The position numbers and the translations under genes were made by a program. Shown here piece after piece: positions 1 to 8,700 of a stretch of DNA of 20,010 nt. Every line of letters begins with the position of its first letter. The first letter of the stretch is position 1. Source of the stretch: Paramicrosporidium saccamoebae KSL3. Taxonomy: Eukaryota; Fungi; Cryptomycota. The notes beneath the pieces are model-generated. The model made no database searches and had not been told where the DNA came from. It was given only the letters and a program-made list of their open reading frames with translations. The stretch spans positions 1 through 20,010 of the forward strand of contig MTSL01000086.1 of NCBI GenBank assembly GCA_002794465.1, given 5' to 3'.

Positions 1-80
1 GGGGGGGGGGAGGAGTAAAGTGGTATGAAGGGGGCAGGTGAAGAATAAACAAAGGACGAATGAGTGAAATATTAAACTTT

Positions 81-130
81 CGAACCACTCCGAACCACTT
101 CGAACCACTTTGAATCACTTTGAACCACTC
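81..130. repeat. 10-bp tandem repeat (CGAACCACTT consensus), 5 copies, more degenerate to about 150
   Basis: Units read directly: cgaaccactc, cgaaccactt, cgaaccactt, tgaatcactt, tgaaccactc. Confidence 0.85.
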
Positions 131-280
131 TGGAACGCCCTGGATCACCCTAAATAGCTCCAATAGTTTCCACACCTTAACAAGTGCAAATATAAGACAT
201 CTATTAAATCATTGTCCAGAACTCTCACAAGCACACTATCCCTTCTTTTCTTTACTTTCCAACTCCCGCTTTGCCGCTTG

Positions 281-528
281 CTAGTGGCTGTCAGCTACTT
301 TCAGCACCGGCGTCACAAGCGCGTGTATTTGTGAAATATACGTCGTCACCCACCTGCACATTAGCACCACTACCACCATATGTACATCAAATAACAGCAC
401 ACCAGCGTCAACACTATGCTCGTCTTGATGACGTCGCTGTTCTGGGACTGGGGAACGAGCACCCAGCTTACTCCACACAAAAACAGCACCACTCCTCCCA
501 CCACGGCAGCTATGACAGTGGGCAACAT
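281..528 (-). CDS. VMA9: V-type ATPase V0 subunit e, 2 exons (528-386, 353-281), 71 aa
   Basis: Removing a 32-nt GTACAT...GCTAAT...CAG intron (354-385) joins two ORF-track frames into MLPTVIAAVVGGVVLFLCGVSWVLVPQSQNSDVIKTSIVLTLVCCYLMWVTTYISQIHALVTPVLKVADSH. This has two hydrophobic helices and a YLMW..TY..Q.H.L..P pattern matching subunit e. Confidence 0.9.
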
Positions 529-592
529 GGCGTGCTGATTGGTCGGTTGGATTTCTTCTTGTACAAATGCAGTAAGGGACCTCTGTGGGACA
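529..592. promoter_or_regulatory. 64-bp divergent intergenic region with a CCAAT box (CTGATTGGTCG, 535-545)
   Basis: The VMA9 ATG (528, minus) and glycosyltransferase ATG (593, plus) face apart across 64 bp. The motif matches the NF-Y/HAP consensus, and the same 11-mer occurs at 6608-6618. Confidence 0.5.
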
Positions 593-3349
593 ATGCGTGG
601 ATGGTTATTGTCGATTGGCTTGGGCGTGCTAATCTGTTGGTGGGTGGGAGGACAAGAATGGGAATTGGAGGAGGAGGAGTGGATGGGATGGGGGTCAATA
701 GAAGATTCCTTAAGAACGCTCCAAATACTGCGAACATTGGCAACCTTGCGGATATTGGGTTTGCTCAAGGCTCCATTGCAGACACTGTTCAAGGATTCGC
801 AAAGTGATCTTCCAATAGACTCGTTGGGTGTGACACAGAGCTTCCACACGCGTCCCGATCCCGTTACAGTGTCCTCGGAGGGTTGGGTGCGCTGCGACCG
901 GACAGCCCTCACCTGTCTCTTTGGAAATCTAATGTATGTGCCTGGCGAGGGGTTTTCGGTACATGTGCGAGATTGGAGCACAGTAATTAAATGGAGTGGA
1001 GCCTTTATGCAGCCCGGGATCGGATCCCCCAGCGAGTACTTTTACTTGGACACGTGGACGTTTGCAGCCGAGGGGACTATTGATGGTCCGACAGTGGAGG
1101 AGGCGCTGCAAAGAATCAGACAGGAGCGAGAATGGACGCCTAATCGAGAGTTGCATCCCGTCTATGTGCGTCCTTCGTTGGAATCGCCCCTCCCCGCCAT
1201 GGTACTGGAAGAGGCTGCCATCCTTTTTTCCGTTTTGTGGCCCCGCAACTTTTTCCGCACACTCTATGCAGGAACAGCCGCCTTATTCTCTCTGTACGAA
1301 TGGAATGCCGTAGCACCAGCCCCCGTCTCTCGCATTAATGTCATTCTTCTCGACACTAACCTCCCCCGTACCGGACACTATCATCTCTTTCGTTCCTTCC
1401 ATCCCGCTAAACCGATCACAAAGCTTGTGGACCAAACCCAACCGATTCGTTTCCGAATTGCAGTGTTGGGATTATCGCGGAACGCATTGCTACAGGAAAT
1501 AGAGTTTTCCTATCCCGATGCAAATACTTCTCTGCGTTCTTCCACCTATAACTATTTTTCCAGCATTGTGCGACGATGGATTCAAGAAAAGAGTTTTAAA
1601 TTTGTGCGTGGAATCACTCCCGAGATCACGCCCGAAATTATGCCTGGAATTACGCCTGGAATCACGCCTGAAATCACGCCTGAAGTCTCTTTTCGTGACT
1701 TTTCACTTAGATATTCCAATTTTACTGCATCAAATCTTCTTAATTTAAGAGTACAAGGCCCATTGTCAGCCCCCCGGGTGGTTTTGGTGGTACGTAGGGA
1801 CACTCGTCGTCGGATCCTCAATCTCACCGAGGTATTGGACGTGATTAGAAGATATCCCGTGTCTTTGGAGGTAGTGGCGTTTGAGGATCATTCCTTAAAA
1901 GAACAGATTCAAATCGTCTCGCGGGCCGACATTATGATCGCCGTGCATGGTGCAGCATTGTCCCACATTTTGTTCATGCGCAATGGAGCTACAGTGGTAG
2001 AATTGTTTCCATATGGATTCCGAAAACGCATCTATCAGAACTTGGCCAACACTCTGGGGGTACATTATGCAATCTGGCAATGTCCACGTGCTTCTTGTTC
2101 TGTCCCCAATCTTCCAGGTCCAGGCGGAGTAGAGGTGGATTGGACGTCTCAAAGCAGCAAGGACTATTGGCGCAACCAGGATCTGCACGTGGATTTGGTA
2201 GAATTTTCTCAAATCTTTCGCTACATTTTTGACGGATTGCGACCCAAAACGACAAAAGTAACCATGGCTGCACCAAATAAGGATGAAAAGTATCTGATTC
2301 ATTTGCCGTGGGAGCAATTCAACAACCAATTGGTTGGCTTCAAGTCGGCCTGTGCTGTAGCACACTTTCTCAATCGTACATTAATTATTCCGCCTGTCGG
2401 ATTCCGCAAAACTCTTCCTCCCGAACTGCAAGTCCGATTGGCCCACACTGTACGCATCTTCCAACCGCGCGAGTTTGAGTGGCGACCCTTTGGGCGATAC
2501 TTTGACGTCGATTCATTGCAAACATTGCCCTGTCGTACTGTGCCCTTTGACTCCTTCACCGCCCTTACTCGTCGTGTGGGTGTCCTACTAATGCGTCGTT
2601 TGGGTCAATCAGTGCGCGTCATTCCCCAACAAATGGGCGACTATTTCCATTGGATTGCCAATCTCGAATACGAAAAGATTGCCGCCCTTCCTGTCTATGT
2701 GCCGCTCTACTTTGAACGTGTCGACATTGACCGTTATTTGCGACGGTATGATCGCGATCGCGTATTGAGTCTGGGCACCATGTTTTGGATGTACAGCTTT
2801 TCGGGGCCCTTGGAATTCCCCGCCCGTTCCTACCAAAACAAGCTGCATGATCCGCTCTATCGAAAAATTACTGCTGCAATGGCATTCCATCCCGATCTCC
2901 TTCGTCATGCCGCCGCCCTCAATCGGCGTTTGGGGGTCCATCATGCCGTACATTTGCGACGTGGCGATTATGCCCAGAAATGCTACGATGAAGGTATGGG
3001 GGCTTCACAAGAGTCTGAGATTCTGCGTGCCTGTTATCAAACCCCGCGGTATTTGGCCCAGCGTATTCGAAGTATCCAGAAGAGTCAACGACAGCGTCAT
3101 GTTCCCTGGTTTCTGGCCACCAATGACCCCAATCTGCAGCGTCTACGACAAATCCTGTCCATCCTGGGCATCCGCACCGTCATTCTCTCCGAAATCAATG
3201 ATATTGAGCTGGATCCCATTGAAACATGCATTATGGATCAGTTGCTCTGCATCCATGCCGTCGTCTTTATTGGCAACTTCTTCTCTTCCTTTACTCGCAC
3301 CATTGTTGAGCAACGTCATTTAAAGGACCAAGAATCGCTCTTTTTCTAA
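593..3349 (+). CDS. Two-domain glycosyltransferase: GT61/DUF563-like domain plus C-terminal O-fucosyltransferase-like (GT-B) domain, with N-terminal signal anchor
   Basis: Continuous ORF; the first ATG is 593 (the track start at 539 is TTG). GT61 motifs: RRILNLTEV, EQIQIVSRADIMIAVHGAALSHILFM, VVELFPYG. O-FucT motifs: EQFNNQL..RTLIIPP, AVHLRRGDY, FLATND, DQLLCIHAVVFIGNFFSSFT. Confidence 0.85.
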   Translation: MRGWLLSIGLGVLICWWVGGQEWELEEEEWMGWGSIEDSLRTLQILRTLATLRILGLLKAPLQTLFKDSQSDLPIDSLGVTQSFHTRPDPVTVSSEGWVRCDRTALTCLFGNLMYVPGEGFSVHVRDWSTVIKWSGAFMQPGIGSPSEYFYLDTWTFAAEGTIDGPTVEEALQRIRQEREWTPNRELHPVYVRPSLESPLPAMVLEEAAILFSVLWPRNFFRTLYAGTAALFSLYEWNAVAPAPVSRINVILLDTNLPRTGHYHLFRSFHPAKPITKLVDQTQPIRFRIAVLGLSRNALLQEIEFSYPDANTSLRSSTYNYFSSIVRRWIQEKSFKFVRGITPEITPEIMPGITPGITPEITPEVSFRDFSLRYSNFTASNLLNLRVQGPLSAPRVVLVVRRDTRRRILNLTEVLDVIRRYPVSLEVVAFEDHSLKEQIQIVSRADIMIAVHGAALSHILFMRNGATVVELFPYGFRKRIYQNLANTLGVHYAIWQCPRASCSVPNLPGPGGVEVDWTSQSSKDYWRNQDLHVDLVEFSQIFRYIFDGLRPKTTKVTMAAPNKDEKYLIHLPWEQFNNQLVGFKSACAVAHFLNRTLIIPPVGFRKTLPPELQVRLAHTVRIFQPREFEWRPFGRYFDVDSLQTLPCRTVPFDSFTALTRRVGVLLMRRLGQSVRVIPQQMGDYFHWIANLEYEKIAALPVYVPLYFERVDIDRYLRRYDRDRVLSLGTMFWMYSFSGPLEFPARSYQNKLHDPLYRKITAAMAFHPDLLRHAAALNRRLGVHHAVHLRRGDYAQKCYDEGMGASQESEILRACYQTPRYLAQRIRSIQKSQRQRHVPWFLATNDPNLQRLRQILSILGIRTVILSEINDIELDPIETCIMDQLLCIHAVVFIGNFFSSFTRTIVEQRHLKDQESLFF
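1613..1684 (+). repeat. In-frame 12-bp tandem repeat, 6 copies, encoding ITPE/IMPG/ITPG
   Basis: Units atcactcccgag, atcacgcccgaa, attatgcctgga, attacgcctgga, atcacgcctgaa, atcacgcctgaa. Confidence 0.9.
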
Positions 3350-3661
3350 CCGAATTAATGCATAGATCACACGTTGGTGGTCCATTTACGACGTAGAGGG
3401 TTGATTAGTTGCTGGGTATTTGAGGCCAGTGAGATGTGTATCCATACTATTATATGACTAGCAGTAAACAAACCCCTCCCTTTCCCGCCTGAAAAAGTCT
3501 GTAATATCATCCTACCCTACTACGTGACACATTTATGATCGGCTTTCTCCACGATATGAATCATTTCAATATGATAGAAATTAGTCTTGTTAATGCATTT
3601 ATTATTAGTTGTTTATCATGGTACCTGCCTTATCTATTTATAATCACATCTAAACCCCATT

Positions 3662-4681
3662 TTAGCTGTCATCTTCAATACCAGCGATTATCAACTTGAC
3701 TGGTTTAGTGCAAGTTATGGATCCCAGAGATTGGACCATCTGCGCTCCATACCGTTCACTTTGTTGTCCAAGATAGTCATACCAGCTCAGATTGGGATGG
3801 CGGGTTTTAGTAAACTCGTAGAACATGTAGAGAAAGGCGACTCGTTCGCGCACCCAATGTTCCTTGTATGTTCCCCGCATCTTTTCAATATCGGTCAAGT
3901 TCAGTCGTCCATACACATTGTTACGCTGAATGAGCGTCTGAGCAGGGAGTTGATGGTTGATCAGCATGTCACGCATTATCATAGCCATAGTTGTACGACC
4001 CTTTCCTGCCTTGCAGTGGAAATGCAGCCAGGTCGAGGCGGATTCATTCAGTTCCACAAATTGCTGTACCTCTCTATCCCGCGGGCGACGATGGTCCGGC
4101 ATGTAGATCCGCACATATTTGACGTTCCCAGCCTCCAGAAGTGATCCTTCGGTTCGGGCTGTGGTGAATTTCAGTTGGGTTCTGTTCTGTATTTTCTCCG
4201 AGTCGTGGGGCTTTTCATAAACAATCGCACTGTGTTGGCCAGCCAGTTTCTTAAAGTCGTCTAATTCGTTCTTTGTAAGGTCATCCATCTTTGTATGTAG
4301 TCGATCCCAATTTCGAGGGCAGAATAACCCCACTGCCTGGTCGTCCAAGAAGCCGTGCGACTCCATTCGCAAATCGACCACTGTGGTCTCTCCACCCCAT
4401 GCATTCTTCAGCCAGGTGAGGTGGTTGCCACAGAACTGTGCGCTTCCAGACATACGTGTCGCTTCGTAACCGGTCAGATCTAGGGGCGGTACTGGTCCTA
4501 CTTGCTCATGGTATGGTTTGAAGTGCATAGCCGGGTTGTCAGTGACAGAGCGGTAGCGACGCGGAGTGGGCGGGCACTCATTCAAGACCAACTCGCGAGT
4601 GGCATTTCCGGCCTCATTTTGACTATACGGTGGACACAGAGAGGCTCCAACCAGAGGTGATACTATAATAGAGAGTTTCAT
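3662..4681 (-). CDS. PTP-like phytase (cysteine phytase / inositol polyphosphate phosphatase), 339 aa, probable signal peptide, intronless
   Basis: Motifs SGSAQF, VVDLRMESHGFLD, YVRIYMPDHRRP and P-loop HFHCKAGKGRTT. The first ATG is 4681 (the track start at 4687 is GTG), giving the hydrophobic N-terminus MKLSIIVSPLVGASLC. Confidence 0.9.
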   Translation of the reverse strand: MKLSIIVSPLVGASLCPPYSQNEAGNATRELVLNECPPTPRRYRSVTDNPAMHFKPYHEQVGPVPPLDLTGYEATRMSGSAQFCGNHLTWLKNAWGGETTVVDLRMESHGFLDDQAVGLFCPRNWDRLHTKMDDLTKNELDDFKKLAGQHSAIVYEKPHDSEKIQNRTQLKFTTARTEGSLLEAGNVKYVRIYMPDHRRPRDREVQQFVELNESASTWLHFHCKAGKGRTTMAMIMRDMLINHQLPAQTLIQRNNVYGRLNLTDIEKMRGTYKEHWVRERVAFLYMFYEFTKTRHPNLSWYDYLGQQSERYGAQMVQSLGSITCTKPVKLIIAGIEDDS

Positions 4682-4732
4682 GCACACAGCCCCTGTCGAA
4701 GGGTTGAAGTAATTTATTAAAGTCGGTGGCGC

Positions 4733-4740
4733 CTTTTATA
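4733..4740 (-). promoter_or_regulatory. TATA box (TATAAAAG) about 52 nt upstream of the phytase ATG
   Basis: The minus strand reads cctataaaaggc, a canonical TATAWAWR match at a plausible distance. Confidence 0.5.
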
Positions 4741-5218
4741 GGTTCCCACCCTTACTATCTTCAACATGTCCTCCTATGAGATGGTACTTTGGAATAGGGA
4801 CCACCAATCATAAATTAGTACTGTCTGTTCGGTGGTGTTACAATAACATACGTACAGACTAAACGAGGGTTGTTATTATCGTGTGTCGAGGTCAGTTGTA
4901 TAATAGTGATCAATTAACTGCATAACAAATATTCCTTAAACGCGGGCTGACCCGCCACTTATCACTGTCCAACAGCCCCTCTTTGATCCGTCCATGTTAT
5001 GCGGGCTTCCAGAACAATAACATGCCCCGATATATTACTTGTGGATATATTCACTGGTGCATGAATGGTATGCAACCATGGTATTCAGCACTAATAGGTC
5101 CGGGCAGGTTATAACCAACCATGTTGTGCTTTGGCAATGGTGATTCGCCAGCTTATATTCCATCCAATGGCGCATTACACATACTTATGTAATCATCTGC
5201 GACTCTCTTCTTGGCATC

Positions 5219-5614
5219 ATGTTAGACTTTATCGAACGACACGATTACCAGACTTCCTTCTTCTCATGCTTTAGCGATATTCAGATTTGCTGTTTCACCT
5301 GCTGCTGCCTGCCTTGTGCCACCAGCAGATTGGTTGGCCAAATGTCCGGTGAAGCTTGTAACGTCCCTTCATGTTGCTGCCCCAGTTTGGGAGCGTATCG
5401 TGCTCGTCGAACCATTCAGTCTATGCATATGACGAAAGAAACGGAGGATGATTCTATGGTTGCTGCGAAATGTTTCCCTTGCTGCTCGTAAGTTTTTGAA
5501 AGTGTGCTGATTTGTAGGGTCATGCAAGATTATCGGGAATGGAAACGGTTAGGGACTCCACCAGAGAGCAGTGCTCCCCCAATGGCGGTTCAGCCGCCCT
5601 CCACTTCTCAATAA
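5219..5614 (+). CDS. PLAC8-family Cys-rich protein, copy 1, 2 exons (5219-5487, 5518-5614), 121 aa
   Basis: Motifs YQTSFFSCFSD, CCFTCCCLPC, R..IQ, EDD, CFPCCS-VMQDYRE. A 30-nt GTAAGT...GCTGAT...TAG intron (5488-5517) restores the frame. Confidence 0.85.
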
Positions 5615-5640
5615 AGTTAGTCTCTGTATTTAGCACTGCC

Positions 5641-5802
5641 ATCGTGTAATGTAAACACGTATCCATTATGGTGCAATCTAAATAGTTGCCCGCTATGGTG
5701 CAATCTAAACATCTATCTACTATGGTGCAATCTAAACAGTTACCCACTATGGTGCAATCTAAACATCTATCTACTATGGTGTAATCTAAATGCGTATACA
5801 CT
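5641..5802. repeat. 27-bp minisatellite, 6 copies, with an alternating 54-bp higher-order pattern
   Basis: Each unit has a core ATGGTGCAATCTAAA plus 12 variable nt. Units 3 and 5 share catctatctact; units 2 and 4 have tagttgcccgct and cagttacccact. Confidence 0.9.
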
Positions 5803-5989
5803 TTGCCATAAATTGACGGCTTCTCTAATTACCCATCCTATTAACTTTTAATATTTCAGGTGCTCCAGCTCGTACTCGTCGCTGCTGCGCACCAATGAAC
5901 ACTGATAGACAATACATGCAGCCCACCAATTGAAATCAACTCTCGGCGCGCCTTGGAATTAAGGACGAGCCCATCCCACTAGTACAGCA

Positions 5990-6574
5990 ATGTTTGACTG
6001 TTTTGATCGGCGTGACTATGGATCGGGCTTTTTTGGATGCACAGAGGACATTGGCGGGTGCTGTTACACATGGTATTGTCTGCCGTGCTCTGTGGGCTCG
6101 CTAGTTGGTCGCATGGAAGGCCAATCCTTCAATTGGGCTGTATGTCGGATGGTATTTCTCATGTTTAGTCGTGTTTGGTCCCTGGCGTGGGCGCTTATCG
6201 TGTGCGGCGTCATATCCAGAACTATCATCGGAACAAAGAGCCTGAAGATGACACTACCGCTGCCGTTTGCTGTTGTCCCCGGCTCGCGTATCTCTTTTAT
6301 TATATCGTTAACCTGTAGGGTAATGCAAGATAGACGCGAGTGGAAGCGTATCGTAGCCAGCGGCGCAGCTCATCGCATGCAATCCCCAATGATGATGCCG
6401 CCAACCACAATGATACCGCCTCATCATATGGCTCACTCCCCGGTAATGTCGCCCCATCACATGGCTCACTCTCCGGTAATGTCGCCCCATCATATGACTC
6501 CCTCTCCGGTAATGCCCCCACAGGCAGGACAACACCAGCCACCGGGCAATCATGCTCCCGATTCTAAAAAATAG
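5990..6574 (+). CDS. PLAC8-family Cys-rich protein, copy 2, 3 exons (5990-6139, 6169-6287, 6319-6574), 174 aa, with Pro/His/Met-rich tail
   Basis: Removing introns 6140-6168 (29 nt) and 6288-6318 (31 nt) gives FNWA-SCLVPGVGAYRVRRHIQNYHRNKEPEDDTTAAVCCCPRLA-VMQDRREWKR, collinear with copy 1. AATAAA is at 6581. Confidence 0.85.
   Translation: MFDCFDRRDYGSGFFGCTEDIGGCCYTWYCLPCSVGSLVGRMEGQSFNWAVCRMVFLMFSRVWSLAWALIVCGVISRTIIGTKSLKMTLPLPFAVVPGSRISFIISLTCRVMQDRREWKRIVASGAAHRMQSPMMMPPTTMIPPHHMAHSPVMSPHHMAHSPVMSPHHMTPSPVMPPQAGQHQPPGNHAPDSKK
6419..6517 (+). repeat. In-frame 33-bp tandem repeat, 3 copies (PHHMAHSPVMS)
   Basis: Three near-identical units, ccycatcayatgrctcmctcyccggtaatgycs. Confidence 0.9.
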
Positions 6575-6623
6575 ACCCTGAATAAAGACCCTCATTCTAG
6601 AGAATCTCTGATTGGTCGACCGG

Positions 6624-7057
6624 ATGCGTCTGTTCACTCACAACTTTTTGCAGTGCCACGTCAAGAACTGCACGACAGACAACTTTCCGCTGGCGCTCAC
6701 AGAAGTCGAGCTGGAAGTGCGCGAGTCGGAATACAACAAAGAGTTTATGTGCTCCTATCTTAGCAAACTCGACTATTCTGCTCTAAAGACTACGGTGCAG
6801 AGTGTATGAGACTGGTGTATGCTGACCGTTTAGTTGGGATTGTCGGTGCAGCTGCCTGAAGAGCTAGCAGATGAACCAGACGAGGAGACTCTACGCATCC
6901 TGCATACTGTTCTATTTCAAGTAATCCTCCAGCCGATCAGCTCATATTTTAGCATTGCGTAAAAAATGGAAAAATGACTTGTCGTGGCTGCGGACACATC
7001 TATTTAATCAGAGACGGAATTCCAAACCTTCTTCTGGGCGAGCATGAGATTCAGTAA
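6624..7057 (+). CDS. TRM112: Trm112 methyltransferase activator, 3 exons (6624-6803, 6834-6920, 6953-7057), 123 aa
   Basis: MRLFTHNFLQC..K......FPL at the N-terminus and GKMTCRGCGHIYLIRDGIPNLLLGEHE at the C-terminus. Two GT-AG introns (30 and 32 nt) restore one frame. Confidence 0.93.
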
Positions 7058-7162
7058 GCCACAAAAATAAAGTTTGGTTCTAGTCGAGGGTGATTGGTTA
7101 AGGGTGTTGGACGTCTCATCCTCAAGTTCATAGGAGCCTATTTCCATGGGAAGACTAATGAG

Positions 7163-8557
7163 ATGCAGGTAGCGACACTTTCCGTATATAAATGGCAACG
7201 GATATTGGGTCTAGTTCTGGCCGTCTTGGTGCCGTGTTTAATTCTGGCATGGCCAAAATACGATCCACCCACTGCAAACCGATGCTTCGCCCTACTAATC
7301 GGCGTCATCATTCTTTGGGTCAGCAACGCATTGCCCCTCTTTGTCACTGCACTGCTCATCCCCTTATTTGGGGTTGTAGGTCAGATAATGTTGGACGAGT
7401 CGGGAAAAGTATTGTATGCCCCAGTTGCCATGCAGCAATTGTTGTCAGTGATGCTTGGAACGGTCATTCCGGTTCTTCTGGCCTCTTTCTGCATTGCTCA
7501 CTGTCTCCTTCGTCGTCAACCGCGACTACCAGTCCAGCTGCCACCCACACTTTTCCTCCTCGTCCTCATGATCATCTCTCTCACCATGTGCATTGGCCTG
7601 GCCAACACCAGCTGTGCAATCTTTGCCCAAATGCTGCTGAGTGGGATGGATGGGATGCTAGAGGGTCGTTATTCAAAGGCGCTCCTAATGGGTGTGGCCG
7701 TGTCATGCAACCTCGGAGGTTACTTGTCACCAGTCAGTAGTGGACAGAGTGTTTTCATGTATACACTCGCTCCAGAAGAAATGGGGTTGACATGGTGGAT
7801 TTGGATGAGGGCGACAGTTCCTTGCGCATATCTCAGCATTTTCGTAGGATGGTTCTATATCTGCTGGCACTACGACCTGGGAAGCGTTGCATTGCCCAAA
7901 CGGAAATCGGTCCCAGTGTTAGTAGATTCACCCAAAGAAGAATCTATGCCAAAGTGGAAGTTGTACACTGCTATAGGGATCACATTTGCAACTGTCGTAT
8001 TATGGGCCACCAGTTCCTTGACCGAGGCATACCTTGGTGGAATGGGCTGCATTGCCTTTATCCCAATTATCCTGCTCTTTGCACTTGACATTCTGACTCT
8101 TCCCGATCTGCACAAAATTCCGTGGGATTTCATTCTATTCATGATGGGTGCCTTGGCCTTGGTCGAGGTAGTTCGTTCCTCGGGTCTCCTTCAGGAGCTG
8201 ACCGTTGAACTCTCTGCTCTCCTCAAAGGACATTCGCCTCTCATCAGACTCTTCATCATCAGTGCCTGCCTCTTTCTCGCCTCGACTATCAAGTCACACA
8301 CTATTGCAGGCATGGTTTTCATGCCAATAGTGGTGAATTACATTGCAGAGGACCGGGCAACATTCATGGCTGCCGTGACGGCCACCTGCAGTGGAATGAT
8401 CTTTCATTTTTCGTCCCTGACTAACATGGCACTAATGTCAGCTACGGATGGGGATGGCAACGCCGTTCTCGCCCAGAGAGACTTTTTAACAGTGGCTGGC
8501 CCCATATCCCTAATTTCCTTTATAATCTCCATTACAGTCATCCCGCTGTTGCTCTAG
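7163..8557 (+). CDS. DASS/SLC13-family multi-TM anion transporter, Pho87/Pho90/Pho91-like, lacking the N-terminal SPX domain
   Basis: CFALLIGVIILWVSNALPLFVTALLIP, KALLMGVAVSCNLGGYLSPVSS and IPWDFILFMMGALALVEVVRSSGLL align by eye to the Pho87 membrane region. The first ATG is 7163 (the track start at 7094 is TTG), so the exact start is uncertain. Confidence 0.8.
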   Translation: MQVATLSVYKWQRILGLVLAVLVPCLILAWPKYDPPTANRCFALLIGVIILWVSNALPLFVTALLIPLFGVVGQIMLDESGKVLYAPVAMQQLLSVMLGTVIPVLLASFCIAHCLLRRQPRLPVQLPPTLFLLVLMIISLTMCIGLANTSCAIFAQMLLSGMDGMLEGRYSKALLMGVAVSCNLGGYLSPVSSGQSVFMYTLAPEEMGLTWWIWMRATVPCAYLSIFVGWFYICWHYDLGSVALPKRKSVPVLVDSPKEESMPKWKLYTAIGITFATVVLWATSSLTEAYLGGMGCIAFIPIILLFALDILTLPDLHKIPWDFILFMMGALALVEVVRSSGLLQELTVELSALLKGHSPLIRLFIISACLFLASTIKSHTIAGMVFMPIVVNYIAEDRATFMAAVTATCSGMIFHFSSLTNMALMSATDGDGNAVLAQRDFLTVAGPISLISFIISITVIPLLL

Positions 8558-8700
8558 GCGCACAACACTGGTACTTTTAAGAATAAATCAATGTTTATCA
8601 GCAGCAGACATTCCTACTATAAATGGCAGAGTGCATGAAACTAAATAAGATTGTCTTCTTAACTATCAAACTGGAGTCCACTAAACCCCATAGCCGTGCC

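Noticed and set aside
1-150. G-run and 10-bp repeat as a telomere
   Set aside because: There are only five imperfect units followed by ordinary intergenic DNA, and the window edge prevents assessment.
271-981. Long overlapping ORFs 271-807 (+) and the 5' part of 370-981 (-)
   Set aside because: These are antisense or off-frame shadows of VMA9 and the glycosyltransferase with no recognisable motifs.
5520-5801. 93-aa minus-strand ORF with LDCTIV repeats
   Set aside because: It is open mainly because the repeat unit is 27 bp, and it overlaps PLAC8-1 exon 2 in antisense. There is no other support for coding.
5641-5802. Constant core plus variable segment resembling a CRISPR array
   Set aside because: The core is 15 nt and the variable parts are 12 nt and recur, which is too short and non-unique for spacers. 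There are no cas genes and the context is eukaryotic.
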